This document shows, one piece after another, positions 24,201-37,413 of a stretch of DNA of 64,000 bases. The position numbers and the translations under genes are program-made. This stretch comes from Lingula anatina (lineage: Eukaryota > Animalia > Brachiopoda), in the NCBI GenBank assembly GCA_051362555.1, contig CM120643.1:11940644-12004643 (forward strand), given 5' to 3'. The notes beneath the pieces were generated by a model. That model searched no databases and was not told the origin of the DNA. It worked only from the letters and a program-made list of their open reading frames with translations. Numbering within the stretch: position 1 is the stretch's first letter; every line of letters starts with the position of its first letter.

Positions 24201-26891
24201 CCTTCTGACCACTATGACAGCCACTATGATGGCAATTATCACAGCCAAACAAATGAACCCTCCAAGGTATGCACCCCACGACACGGTCCTGGTTGCTAGA
24301 GTGAACACATGAAAGGAAGTGATCTCATTCTTACAATAAAATATTGTGACCAGGACTAAATAGAACTAATTTGGGAAAATATAGTAGACTGTGTTAACTC
24401 AGACATGTTGGAACCATGTTTGGTTGATTTTTATGAAGATTTGAGTGAGGCAATCTGTGTACATGCATACAGACTATAACATTTTATTCATCCCCGTTTC
24501 AAAACAGGACAATTCCATAAAATTTCAAAGGTACAAAAACAAACATTTATAGTGTAACAAAATAATACTGTAACATTAAAAGACATTTCTAAAAATCTGA
24601 ATTCACAGCATTACTGAGAAGTAATTCTTCTATGTTCACATTAAACATACCACCACATCTCCTCTGTTAAATGTACCACCAATAAATCTTCTATGTTCAC
24701 ATGAAACATACCACTATAATATCTCCCGCAGTTTCCCACTTCGTCCCCGCCATCAGGGCAATTTTCCACCCCATCGCATTTGAGGTCACGGTCAATACAC
24801 AGACCATTTGAGCACCGAAAACCTGAACATGTAAAGCCTGGAATTGTAAGCAAATTGTGCATATATATAACATAAATTAACTAGACTGAGTAAACTTAAA
24901 ATAAATGCAAAAATAAACATGAAGAAAGAAAGAAACAATGTTCAAATCTCCATTTGTCAATAAAATCCACATTTTCACCAAAATGCAAAAAAAAAAAAGA
25001 TAAATTGGTGATTAAACAAAGACGAAATTTGAGAACCAATTACAATGAGGGAGAAAAGATCATGCAGAGCTACTCACTAGTTCTGTAGCTGGTCAGTACA
25101 ACTTTAAACTGCATGTCTTGTGTGCCACCCCTGCTGACATATCTCAGAGTGAGATACCGCATTTGGAATTTTAAGTACTCAGGCTTTCGAGAGTTACAAG
25201 TTAATTCTAACTGAAAAATAAATAAATATCATGGCAATTCAGTGAATTATTCTCTAAGCAAATGAACAAAAAATATATATTTTAGAAACATACATGTAGC
25301 TCAGTCCAAAATATAAAAAAGTAATAGTGTGATTATTCATATGATTGTGCAACAAGTAGAAATATATCGAGATGTTGGGGTTAGTGTCATATCAAGGTCT
25401 TTAACAGCATAAAGTGAAATCAGAGTTCCCATAAACCTATGATACAAGCTGGATTGATCTAACTCCTCGGGGATGCTCGAGAAATTGCATTCAGTTTAAG
25501 CAGCTTAAATGTCTGGCACGCCTGCCCGTAACTTAAAGTACCTAGGTCATGAAAACTTTGTGGTCCATCATGTTGTCCACTTTGCCTTGTAAAGGGGCAT
25601 AGCCAGACAATTAAGCTGACTACACTGACTATGCCTAAGCAAGAAACCCCACTGAGATAGACCAATCCTGCTCTTGTTTCCAACATACTCATATAATCAC
25701 TAACTTTTCTGTATTCTATTCAATGCCAGGAGGAGGGGTATTTATCTGATTGCATTAAGCAAGAATCCCCTCGGAATTGGATCAATCTACATAGAATGAT
25801 AGTTTCATTGAGAATGAGCTCATAGAGTAAACATGGCCATGCACACAGAAGAAGTATAGGCCTGTAAGGTTTTTACCTTCTGCAACCTGTTGCTATATCT
25901 ACTATCCGCTGTAAAAAGAGTGAGAGTACTTTTGCAGTCTGAACTATTGAAATATTTGAAGTCCACTGCAAATCCACTGTCATCTGCCTTGAAAGTCATA
26001 TCACAAGAGGATGTTTGGTACAGAGGGTTTCTGGCGCTGGTTATCTGAGCACCATCTATCTCTCTGTACATGTTGTAGCTCCTACTGCTGCAGTACTGGC
26101 TCCTAGGCATCTGATCTGAAGTACAGAAGACAGCAGACTATAGTTATATGATTTGCACTCCTCCTTTTTATTAAAAAAAAAGATACACCCAGTTAGCATT
26201 TGATACCCGAGAGTGGCATCAGTGGAATGTTCCATGATAAGACCATTGTTCTCAGATTATTATGTAGGGTTGGTAGATCATTATAGAGGTGCCATTGGGG
26301 CCGTAACAGTAGTCTGAAAGTTAAATGGTCCAAAGGTTCAATAATCCTAACAAAGTGTATAGTGTATTGGTAATAAAGTTAAGTCCATCACAGGTGTGTG
26401 CATTCGATTTTTCGCACCAATGGACCTTTGGGCCAGTGAACCTTAGGAATATAGAGGCACCCATGAAAATTGATGAAGGCGAAGTATGTTTTTAAGGCTC
26501 TTTTAATTTTAGATATAATTTCAAAAGTATAACGTTCTGGACAGAATCTTTGAGAAGATATAATTTGTGTTAATATGGCACATATTTTTTTTTTCTGATA
26601 TACCTACTGTACTAGTAACGCCGACCAAATGGAAAGAAAAGAATTTGAACTAAAATTTGTTCTTGGTTCTCTGTCGTTTGTCAAAAGAGTAAAAAGATAC
26701 ACTTTTTTAGGAAAAAAACACCCTTTAAAATTACTGACTGTAAAAATTTTGTCGCACCTTGAGTCTAGACGCAGAGAGAGAGAGAGAGAATTTAACTTAC
26801 ACAAACTAGACCGTGCTCCGCTCACAACATCTTGACAGAATATTATCATGACAAATAAATATATTACTAATGAATATGCAAAGCCATCCAT
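21160..26891 (-). CDS. Type I membrane protein: signal peptide, CUB-like domain, LDL-receptor class A repeat, TM helix, Pro/Gly/Tyr/Gln-rich tail (MIG-13/LRP12/LDLRAD-like architecture)
   Basis: Exons in transcript order: 26891-26801 ([25 protein letters not shown]), 26115-25877 and 25210-25078 (CUB-like), 24837-24712 ([34 protein letters not shown]), 24295-24149 ([27 protein letters not shown]), 22954-22883, 21829-21638 (PPPQGYPQQ repeats), 21239-21160. Phases join. Confidence 0.85.
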
Positions 26892-27699
26892 TTCGATCTC
26901 GTAAGAAAATTTTACGCAGCATGAAAACAGCAAATAATCAATATTGTCCTTCGGTGAGGAGGATATTTAATACACGCCGATGCTAACTCTAGAACCAAGA
27001 TGAGCCCCATTTGCAGAAAAACGATTTGTTCAAGTTACGTTAACTAAATAGATCTTCATGCTGCAAATAGGTTTTGGAAGCCTAAAAAAGGTGTCTTTTT
27101 GGATTCACAGTGAGGCATGGTTTTACGGTGGGTCTATTGCCACTTAATGTCTTATACCAGTCTTCTTTCAGAATTCTTTTGAATTTAGGATGAACACTTT
27201 TGGCCGACTTTTGGAGTGAGGATGTCCACTCCCAACGGCCCTCGGGAACATCGGTAGAGCTTGATGTCTCTTCGCTATTCGCCTTAGTGAAAAAGGCGCA
27301 AAAATCCTTTTCTTTCAAAACTAATATCCGAGGGAAAAGACTAATCGGGTGACCCTTTTATGATAGTGTGGAAACTTTGCTCAGACCAGGGAATTATATC
27401 CGATATAATTCCCTGCTCAGACCAAGGACGCGTCAGACCGGGCAGATGACATTTAATACACTTCATTTATTTTTAAAAGGCAGACATATTGGCTGTAAAG
27501 GTTTGTTTAATGTTTATGTATATCCCACGTATGCTACAACGGGTCGGTAAAAGAGAAGGACAGAATCGCGGCAATAAGACTGAGACTGGGTTTCCATACC
27601 GATCTCCGAGAGGTTTCTCGCTAAATTGCTTTCAGCTTAAGCGGCTTAAATGACTGGCACACATACTGAAGCTGCTAAACGATAATTAATTACCCCCTA

Positions 27700-27994
27700 C
27701 AGTGGCGGATTTAGAGGGGGTGTCAGGGGGCTCCTGACCCCCCCCCCCCTTCGTTTTCTGAAAAATATATCACACCAATATTCCCCTCCTGAAATTAGAA
27801 TTTTGATAGCTAAATCATAGTTCTAAACCTGGGCACTGTTTGCTCTCCAGCAAACCAAAAAATTTTCGGGGTCCTTGAGCAGGCCCCAAACCCCACACCC
27901 TGCAAGGGGTCGATGGTCGGCTTCGCATCCGAGGTCTGTCGTTCCGGACTCCCCCTCCCCTCCCCCCTCTTCAAATAATCTTGGATCCGCCCCT
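27700..27994. mobile_element. Non-autonomous element with CAG(T/G)GGCGGAT...ATCCGCCCCTG ends (hAT-like MITE); related partial copy at ~56391-56570
   Basis: Short TIRs. The internal GAAATTAGAATTTTGATAGCTAAATCATAGTTCTAAACC matches the reverse complement at ~56508-56548. Confidence 0.55.
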
Positions 27995-28335
27995 GTTAAG
28001 AGTCTGATTGGTAAATAACTCAGGTGACAAAATAAATAAAGAGACAAAGCGTGTTTTTCAGGAGTCATACTAGAACCCACTAAACTGTATTCGGTCCTTG
28101 TTACATGTACTCATTCGTTTGAACCTTGACGTTTTATCAAGGGCCTGAACACATGAAAGACTCGTTGAAAATCTGGTACAAGTTGTTATATATAGGACTA
28201 TGAGAAATTCAAAATGATATGATTCATACATCATTGACGTCTCGCGTCTTTGTTCGCGTTAAAAATCTAACTTCTGATTCCATGAATGGCGAACGTTGGC
28301 TTGATGCGGAAAATTTAATTTTAGTCAGCAGGCCA

Positions 28336-28943
28336 CCCAGCAGGCATAGTTGCGTTGGATCAACGTTGAAAACAGGTTGATACGTTGAATTGCCGTTGAT
28401 CTACCTAAATTCAACGTCAAATCAACGTTGATCCAGCCACGTCGAAACACCGTCATAATGTGACGTTGACTCAACGTTGTATTTTGGTCAATGACACAAC
28501 CTTGCAGTTATGGATTGTAATTAAGAATATTAATTATTGAAAACATGATACTTTGTTTATCAATACTGTAACTAAATTTATCAAAATAATTACAAAATGG
28601 TTTTAAAGTAAAAGTGACAGTTGTTTTGTGTCTTTAGTTAACTAATGAATTTTCTTAACTTGTTATTCAGAAATACATTCCAATAAACTGAATTGCTTGC
28701 AAGGTCAGCTAATACTAGGATGAATAAGTTGCTGTAAATGTGATGGAGTTAACAGTTCTTGGTAACCTGTTATAGATAGCCAGGTCATTGACCAAAATAC
28801 AACGTTGAGTCAACGTCACATTATGACGTTTTTTCGACGTGGCTGGCTCAACGTTTATTTGACGTTGAATTTAGGTAGATCAACGGCAATTCAACATATC
28901 AACCTGTTTTCAACGTTGATCCAACGCAACTATGCCTGCTGGG
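28336..28943. mobile_element. MITE with ~157-bp TIRs, CCCAG termini and 2-bp CA target-site duplication (animal EnSpm/CMC-like)
   Basis: CA|CCCAGCAGGCATAGTTGCGTTGGATCAACGTTG... and ...CAACGTTGATCCAACGCAACTATGCCTGCTGGG|CA. The TIRs are rich in AACGTT repeats around an AT-rich spacer. Confidence 0.9.
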
Positions 28944-28950
28944 CAAGTTG

Positions 28951-29609
28951 TTCACCCCTTCTATTGCAATGGACTCGCCCCACCTGTCACCCCTCTAATG
29001 GAATGGACTCGCCCCACCTGTCACCCCTCTTATGGAATGGACTCAACCCACCTGTCACCCCTTCTAATGCAATGGACTCGCCCCACCTGTCACCCCTTCT
29101 AATGGAATGGACTCGCCCCACCTGTCACCCCTCTTATGGAATGGACTCGCCCCACCTGTCACCCCTTCTATTGCAATGGACTCGCCCCACCTGTCACCCC
29201 TCTTATGGAATGGGCTCAACCCACCTGTCACCCCTTCTAATACAATGGACTCGCCCCACCTGTCACCCCTTCTAATGGAATGGACTCGCCCCACCTGTCA
29301 CCCCTCTTATGGAATGGACTCGCCCCACCTGTCACCCCTTCTTTTGCAATGGACTCGCCCCACCTGTCACCCCTCTAATGCAATGGACTCGCCCCACCTG
29401 TCACCCCTTCGTATGCAATGGGCTCGCCCCACCTGTCACCCCTTCTAATGCAATGGACACGCCCCACCTGTCACCCCTTCTAATGCAATGGGCTCCCCCC
29501 ACCTGTCACCTCTTCAAATGCAATGGACTCACCCCACCTGTCACCCCTTCAAATGCAATGGGTTCGCCCCACCTGTCACCCCTTTAATGCAATGGGCTCG
29601 TCCCACCTA
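28951..29609. repeat. Minisatellite, ~35-37-bp unit (TCACCCCTTCTAATGCAATGGACTCGCCCCACCTG), about 18 copies
   Basis: Direct tandem array that starts immediately after the MITE right TIR. It explains the repetitive ORFs at 28805-29587. Confidence 0.95.
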
Positions 29610-30564
29610 GTGGAATCGCCCCAGATAAGATAACATCCCTTTATTTGGAATGGAGTCGCCCAACTTGTCTATCAGATGACCGTGGCGTACTCATCAATCT
29701 TATCTGCTCCAGTCAAGTTTTCACTGCCAAACCTTTTCACTACTCCTGTGTTAGCTGAGCTTGTAAGCAATTTATTAGAATGAATTTTCTAAAATGAAGT
29801 TAAAACAATCCATTAATTCATCAGAAACGCCAATCAACTATCAGGATTACTTGAAAACACCTTTTTAATAATTTTGATAAATCTTATTACATAATTGAAG
29901 TCTTTTTTTATAGTTTATTTTTAAGCTTTTCATCATGTCGATCGTTAACTTTAGGTAGGTACCGACTGCCCGAGGGCTCTTAAGTCCTCATCGCTCTAGT
30001 CACCGACTAACCCCAACCCCAATCTGTAATTAGCCACTAGGTGTAGTTAAGACAGCGTATGAGGCAGGCCTGATGCCCAACGTTATACCGAGAGCGTATG
30101 GCGCGACTGGTTGTTATACTGGTAAATATAGCCGACACATATCTTTTTATTTTTATAACATTGTTAGAACGTTTTAATACTAGATGTGATGGTTGATTAA
30201 AGTTGTGCAAATTGTAGTGGTGCAAAATATGAAATCCTTTGTTCATGTGTTTTTGCCAAAATTAACAAAAATGTATACATGTAATTTGTAAATTTCATCA
30301 AAATGTATATACGTTAATAGAACTTGCTGGCAACGTTTCTCGGATCAATGATGATGACAGTGGCAGTGCAGAACGTTAGAATAACGTTCTTTTAACACTT
30401 GTTGATGGTCTTACCAATATATATAACCCTGTTATCAAAACGTTCTGTGTAAGCTGAGTATACGTTAAAACATTTATTAACATTAGACCTGATATCTATG
30501 AAATCAAAGCTGATTTTTTCTATTTAAAAAAATAAACTCAAATGGCATTAAATAGATTACAGAT

Positions 30565-30733
30565 TATAGCCATCTATGGAGGTCACGTGATTGGATGGCC
30601 AGCACAGATTTCAGATGTACTGCCATAACTGCCATTTTTGTGGTAAAAAAGAATATATTATAGTTATTTGAGTTGTTTACAATGAGTTTATTGTGAAATA
30701 TAGATATCACACGAAGAGTTGTTATCCCTTTAA
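30565..30733 (-). mobile_element. Partial copy of the Kolobok-like element at 59753
   Basis: Reverse-complement similarity to ~59749-59925 (ATAGCCATCTATGGAGGTCAC...GAAGAGTTGTTATCCCTTTAA). Confidence 0.75.
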
Positions 30734-31997
30734 TATTGCAGTAAAAGTGTCCCGCGGTTTTGTCAAATGGTTTACATGACAGAGAGAACAGAGACGCACC
30801 ACAGAATTGAAAAAGGCTCTAACAGAAACTATAAGCTTTAATTGATTTTATTTTATACATAAACATATTTCAAAGACACTTCTGTTTTAATTTGATGACA
30901 TAAATAAAGAATACGTATAGCCACAACTTTGTGGTAAGACTGCCAACTCGTCGTCATGCACGCACATTAACTTGCATTTAAATATTATTAAATATTTGCA
31001 TTTAATAATAATAACAATACTGTATTCATAATAGGCCTAACATGCATTAGAGTTAAAAATGCAAATTAAAGATAGACTTAAATGTAAAATGCAAATTAAA
31101 GAAGACTGATAACAACAACAATTTATATACTTCACATGAAATTAAAAGTCAAGTATATCCTTTGCTAATAAAAGTCAATAAAAAGCCAATGTAACAAAAT
31201 ATCGACCAATTGCCTTTCATGACGATATATAATTACAGAATTTTGACATCTTTATACCACAACTATGTGCAATAAAGAATCATCAATCCGAGTAAGTTTA
31301 GATTCCGTTTATGATGAACTTTGTGAATTCCGACTATACGATGAACACAATTACAACGCTGACACGCAACATATACATGTAAATATACTGGTTCGGATAA
31401 TATGATGCCTATACTCAGTGCAGGACAAGAGGCAGGGGTGGGGGGGTGGGGGTCGGAGTTCACAAGAACCTCCCTTTTGGACGGAAAATGTCTGCTTTGA
31501 AACGAAATTTGATCTATCGGTAGTTTTTATGCCATTTCTTAAGTTGGGTTGACTAAGGGGGTAATAAAAAAGAAACCCCCTTTAAAATGTTTGCTACAGT
31601 TATAACATACGCAGGTATTATTAATTACAAGCGTGCACAAAGAAAAATAAATGAAAAATGTGTTGTCAGTATATACAAAACCGGACATCCCTATGTCACG
31701 GCAGCATTAGTACCGTTTGCAGAGCTACATTTCTATGTACAATCATTTTATGCAGTCACTATATATCGCACTGAAGTTTACTGAGCGTTTATAGAACAGT
31801 ATTCGTATACACTGGCGGAACAAGGGCTTTTCAATAGAGATTATTTGAAAACCACCAATATAAACGGCAAATACTGGTACAATGCAAATTTAAGACATTC
31901 GTTAATGGCATTGTACAATTTCATTTCCCGATCCAGAAACGCTTCAAATCTGTCAACTGGAACATCAACGTCTGTCACATTTTTGTATTGGGAACAC

Positions 31998-33815
31998 TTA
32001 AAGTGCTTCATATTGGTCATACCTGTAACAAACCGGGAGATACAACTTGCCGCCCTCTTTTATAAGTCCCTTTGTCATTTTGCGACGCAGCCAAGGAATC
32101 TTATTAACGGTGCTTATCTCCACATCGAAGAATACGAAGACCCTCTGCAAAGCCTTGATGACTGACTGATTCTCTTGAATTTGAGCTACAGCGTTTGTCA
32201 TTGTGCTGATAAGGAAGTTTAGAAGCAGGATTGATATGAGAAGGACGTATGAGATGTGAAGGAACATCATGACGTAAAGCCGAGGGGATCCCGCATCAAA
32301 ATACGCTGTGACGTCCGCCATATTGATCATGATGAGGAAGGTGGTATAGCAGGCCCATGCAAAGTCCCGAGTAAAAGGGCGGTCGGTTAAATCAGAGGTC
32401 AAGGAGTAGAAAAGCACAGTGAATGACAATAGCAGAAGCACTAGGAGAAAAAGAAATTTCATCATTTCGGTTAGCATTCGCTGAAACACCACTATATAGT
32501 AGCCCATGGCATTGGTCAGTTGCAGGAGGTATAAACAGTGAAATACATTCAGGAACGAGGCGATCGCGGCAAAAATGTACATGATGAAGTACACCAATGG
32601 GTATGTAACTTCACCAAATTCCAAGAGACTTGTAATTATTATCGAAGAATTTTTTATTATACCGACATACCGATAGAAATACAGAGATATTATCGGCTTT
32701 CTGTCATTTGTAAGGAATCGTTTTAGAAACTGGTAATGTCTGCACCTTCTCTGATACAGAGTTCCAATAACTGAAGCTGTATCTGCCAGCAATGCGATAC
32801 TACAGACGCCCAGAATGTAGAAGAACAAATAGTTTCGGGGGCTTACTGTTTCGTTTCCGGTTATGGCGGTTGCGTTGGATGTGGCGTTTTCAAACTCTAG
32901 GTCATCTTCTTTATTGCTATTCTGAATTTTGTCTTGGGTACCTGGTCTGATACTTAAAAGAGCATAATAGAATAAGGTTGTGAAAACAAGTCGATTGAAC
33001 AAAAAATCTAACACAATCAAAGGTTTTAAATTGCGGAACGTGATGTCAACCCAAGTTTCATAAAATGGCGACGCAAAAAACTTGCGTGTCTGATATTTGT
33101 GTACCTCTTTTTCTTCAAGGTGAACTAGATGGCAAAATGGACTCTTGATGAAACGAGGCCCAGATGACACGTGATAATCCGTGATGTCATACAGCACGTG
33201 CTGGTTTACAATTTCAGATTTCTGCGGGAACATGTACACGTATGGAGTGTTCCATATTGTTTGAGTCATGGACATTGTGCCCAAGAGAGACGATAATTCA
33301 ATGGGACGGAGACCAGCGTCATTTTCCTTCATTAGTAAATCTTTAACAGTTTCATGAGCCAAGCACTTTAAAACATGCTTATACATTTCACGATAGATAT
33401 CACACTTTTCTTCCCAAATACTCGCAGCCCAAACCATACAGTGAAATACATTGTTGCCTTTTTCGTTTACTTTCAAATCTACACCGTCTTCAAGTAAACG
33501 TCGGAAACATTTCAGAGAACCAAACATAACTGATAGTAGAATAGGGTAATGAAACACGGGACATAATTGTGAACGAACAGTCGGTGTCGGTGTCGTGTCC
33601 ACAAACATTTGGTTCATCATGCAAATGGTGGTTTCCTTTTTAGTTCCCGAAAGCGCCTCTTTTAAGACGGCGTCATTATCCTCGCGAATAACGTGTAGCC
33701 AGGGGTTCAAACTGAGTGCTACACCATGAGAAGGTTCTTTCTTTTCCGGCCCCAGAAAAACGGTGTCTAACTCCTCGATAGGTTGGACATGGATACGGCT
33801 GCTTGATAATGCCAT
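31998..33815 (-). CDS. Divergent TRPV-like (TRPV5/6-like or TRPVL) cation channel, ankyrin repeats plus six TM segments, intronless CDS
   Basis: 605-aa ORF with ankyrin-like PILLSVMFGSLKCFRRLLEDGVD, KGNNVFHCMV and ENDAGLRPIELSSLLG, TRPV-type LYDIT linker, S4-S5 MGYYIVVFQRMLTEMMKF, pore helix TTFLIMINMAD and S6 ILLLNFLISTMT. Confidence 0.85.
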   Translation of the reverse strand: MALSSSRIHVQPIEELDTVFLGPEKKEPSHGVALSLNPWLHVIREDNDAVLKEALSGTKKETTICMMNQMFVDTTPTPTVRSQLCPVFHYPILLSVMFGSLKCFRRLLEDGVDLKVNEKGNNVFHCMVWAASIWEEKCDIYREMYKHVLKCLAHETVKDLLMKENDAGLRPIELSSLLGTMSMTQTIWNTPYVYMFPQKSEIVNQHVLYDITDYHVSSGPRFIKSPFCHLVHLEEKEVHKYQTRKFFASPFYETWVDITFRNLKPLIVLDFLFNRLVFTTLFYYALLSIRPGTQDKIQNSNKEDDLEFENATSNATAITGNETVSPRNYLFFYILGVCSIALLADTASVIGTLYQRRCRHYQFLKRFLTNDRKPIISLYFYRYVGIIKNSSIIITSLLEFGEVTYPLVYFIMYIFAAIASFLNVFHCLYLLQLTNAMGYYIVVFQRMLTEMMKFLFLLVLLLLSFTVLFYSLTSDLTDRPFTRDFAWACYTTFLIMINMADVTAYFDAGSPRLYVMMFLHISYVLLISILLLNFLISTMTNAVAQIQENQSVIKALQRVFVFFDVEISTVNKIPWLRRKMTKGLIKEGGKLYLPVCYRYDQYEAL

Positions 33816-35384
33816 CTTTCAGTTAGTTTGACACTAGTTAACAAAAAAAAGGAAACAATTATGAAATCGCCATTAGTACCATTACTAGATAACGGTGATT
33901 GAAGTCGGCTCACATCACACTGCTGTATCGCGTGTACGCAGAAATGTGTGGCAGAAATATTTTTCAAAAATATTTTTAGATAAAAGAAAAAATAATAAAA
34001 TGCAATCTATCTCTGTTCAAATCTGTCTTACCTCTTGCCGATACCTCAATGCTTTCCGTTTTATGCGATCGTTCGCTATTTTGCAAGGTGAATGACAGCT
34101 AGCGATGGACAGAATGCTTATGGTTGGTTTCTGTGATACAATTTGTTAATTTACCTTTAGCGGTCATCCAATGTCATAAACGTGACATTAGCAATACATT
34201 GCCGGCAAAAGCGCGTAGCCAGGATGCACGAGAGTAATTTGCAGTACTTTGAATCCGCGCCAGCAACTGTGCTCTACCGGATATGACCAAGCCTAAACAA
34301 TTTCAAGCACAGTAACATTTTAGTATCATGCCACTTCAACAAAATCAATTCAAAAAGCGAAGGAATGATCAATATGTTGTGACTTTAATTGCTGTCCATA
34401 TGTATTAATTCACGAAAGAATAGTCACAAAGTAATAGCAAATATAAGGATTTAATGCTATATTCCAAAACCCTAAACTATTGACGTTGTAATAGAGCACT
34501 CGTTACAGGGCAAATGACAACCGTATTTTTTTACCAACTCCATTTACAAAAAGAAGACTCTTATTTATCAAAGTGATAAAACTGTATGGGGGTGTATCGA
34601 TTTTTACCAAGCACTTGAAGCATTGAGTAAAGGTTCCTTGCTGTCTGAGTTAATTGACGACAACTTACCCCAGCCCTCTACCAGGATCACAGATGGATTT
34701 TTCACTAGATATTTTCACTAGATATTCACAGATGTGTTTCTGGCTAATTCATGACACGATTCCACGTCCCTGGTAGAGGGTTAAGCAAGTTAAGTTTAGA
34801 GCTAAGGTGCCTGACGTACAGTATCCATGCAAGATGGTTTAATGGTTACAGAGGAATTGTTTTTCGAATGTGACATCATCTTTTGCTTTCTTTTCGATGT
34901 ACGTTATCCAGAAATGGCAGAAAATACGGCATGTGCACATACTTTGTTGAGATATTAGTGTTATGGTGGTCGTTCCTATTTTAATCAAACATTATCAAAC
35001 ATTAAAATTCTTTGCATTTTTCGCCTTTGCGCAATATCTAGTTGATGGCCCTTTTTACAATTATTGATGTTTTCATCATTAGAATCCAAGTTAGATTTCC
35101 GATCTTTTCAGTTTCCAAATGGGGCTTCCGGCAGGAATTTGCTATAATCCGTTTATAAATAACCTGGCAATATGTAATCAAAATCGATATTCTAACAGCC
35201 CGGGGCTAATCGTCCGGTTTGTATGCTTCCCGGGGAATCAAGATGCACTGGCGACAAGTCTGAAGCGCATGTAAATGAAAGCCTACCTCAAAACTTCTCC
35301 TTTTTACGTCGATTTCTTCTTAATTAAAGAAGCCGATTTTGAAAAGGAAGACACCCATATTTTGTATGTCATTTCAACATACAG

Positions 35385-35415
<31 letters not shown>

Positions 35416-37370
35416 TTAAAACCGGCTGATCTGGCCCATCGACACATCTGTATGATAACCGGCACACTGTTCGACACTCTATAAGACACTATTTTAAAAT
35501 ATCCTCGTGCTAAAAATGATGGAATATTTGAAAAATAGATATATTCAACATTCACATTGTGATAGTTGTCACAAAACTTTTGATGAATCTGACTGTAGCA
35601 ATTTACCAATTTACAATTGTCAAATTATGAAAGTGGGCAAAAATTACTTGAGTATTATTGAATAGGTAGTTAAAGTTGTGTGCCCTAGCAGTGTAACAGA
35701 ACTGAGCAGCAATGCAGGCCACATATAGGCCTACACTAATGGCCCAGCAATTTTATAAAGGGTGACAATGCTTCATCCTTAGGCTCAAGGAAGAGCTTGG
35801 TGACTTTTGAAGATGTGGTATTTTCAGCACAAACGAAAAAACGCGCGTTAGTATCAACCAGGGAAATGTCTGTAAGATCATCCAGCAACACCGTACAAAA
35901 CAAAATATGCGACCAGGCATTATCACTGGTCGTCCCCGTAAAAAATACAGCCAGGTAAGATCGTATCCTCATCAGATATGTCGTCAAAAGAGAAAATTGT
36001 CAGGATCTTTTCTGGGGGACAGAAACCGAGTTTGTAGTGGAATCCTCATTAGTGGCCTTGGCCAAAGAGAACCTTCCCCCCCCCCCCCAAAAAAAAAAAT
36101 CCATTATGACCGAACCGAGGAAAAATGGCCCCTTCAACCTAATTGCAAGGAAATGCGTTATTTGAGGCATGTCTAGCTTTCTGATAAAGAGAGATTCCGC
36201 AGGGGTGTTGTTTGCAGACTCAATGTTTCATGGCCATTTCGAGAGAGGTTTGCTGAAGACTGGGGATGGTCCTATCAGAATGGGCTGCCATTCAAAACGG
36301 AAGTCGAACCAACCCGGTGTTTCTCAGAGAAAGCGCACGTGCCGACATCTGGAAGGTAATACAAGTAGATGGCGCCATATACTAGTCCCAACTCTGGTCG
36401 TAACAATCTGTTCCAACGTGGCTATGCTCAACCTCATCCTGCTCGTTTTATGAGTTTAGCATGCTCGGTAAAATTTTTCTGCAATTGGTTATCCTTGTTT
36501 TTATTATATTTTATTTTATTTGTAACATAGCCTGCACGAACAGAGCTTGACCCCCTGATCGTATTTAATACGTCAACTCATGCGTTTGCCACAAGGAAGA
36601 ACTGCACACATGCCAGTATGTCATACGTGGTGACATTTGTCTTAATTATGGATGTCACTATGTTATTCACCTGTAAGTTGGACATTGATCCAGCAGAGTT
36701 CATTCCAAATCATCTTTGAAACGTGTGCACTGCTTGCCCTAGGTTCTGCGTCTATATCAGCAGTTAGAGTTAGCTTTAAGGATTCGAGGGGAAATAAGCG
36801 TTTACTGAGATGGAACAGCATTAACACGTTCACTCTGCAACCTACTCGGCTTACACTTCTAACTTTCTAGCAGAAACAAAATTGGTTGGCCGATTTTGTA
36901 ACGGCTAGAAGGGCCTCTGATCGAGAGTATCTGCAAATCTTAGTGTCCCTGCGCATCGACAATCACAAAAAGTTTGAAGAAATTTAAACCCCAAAATTCA
37001 CTTAATCAAAAACACAACCCATAATCTTATAAACCAGCTAAAGGGGCTCTCGCTGTCTTCCCATGTCATCGCTGTTTAACGGCATATCGTCCTTATTGCA
37101 AATTAACATCATCACTGGTTGCACAACTACGTATGCAAATCAGTCGTTGAAAGTAACTCTTAATACTAGTTTCAGTCATATAGAATTCCCCTTATTATAA
37201 AATCTACGATTCAACAATGGTTCTACGGGTAAAATGAAAGTGTTATTACTCTGAAGCAAGCATGCTACAAGAAATAAATCTTAGAGGTGTTTTTGCCTAG
37301 TGCTCTATGCAGAATATAGTTAACTTGCTTATCAACAAGACAGAGCGGTGTGGCAACCCTTTAATATGAT

Positions 37371-37413
<43 letters not shown>

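Noticed and set aside
28951-29609. Regularly spaced repeats resembling a CRISPR array; repetitive ORFs at 28805-29587
   Set aside because: Units are contiguous with no unique spacers, there are no cas genes, and the context is eukaryotic. It is a minisatellite and the ORFs are by-products.
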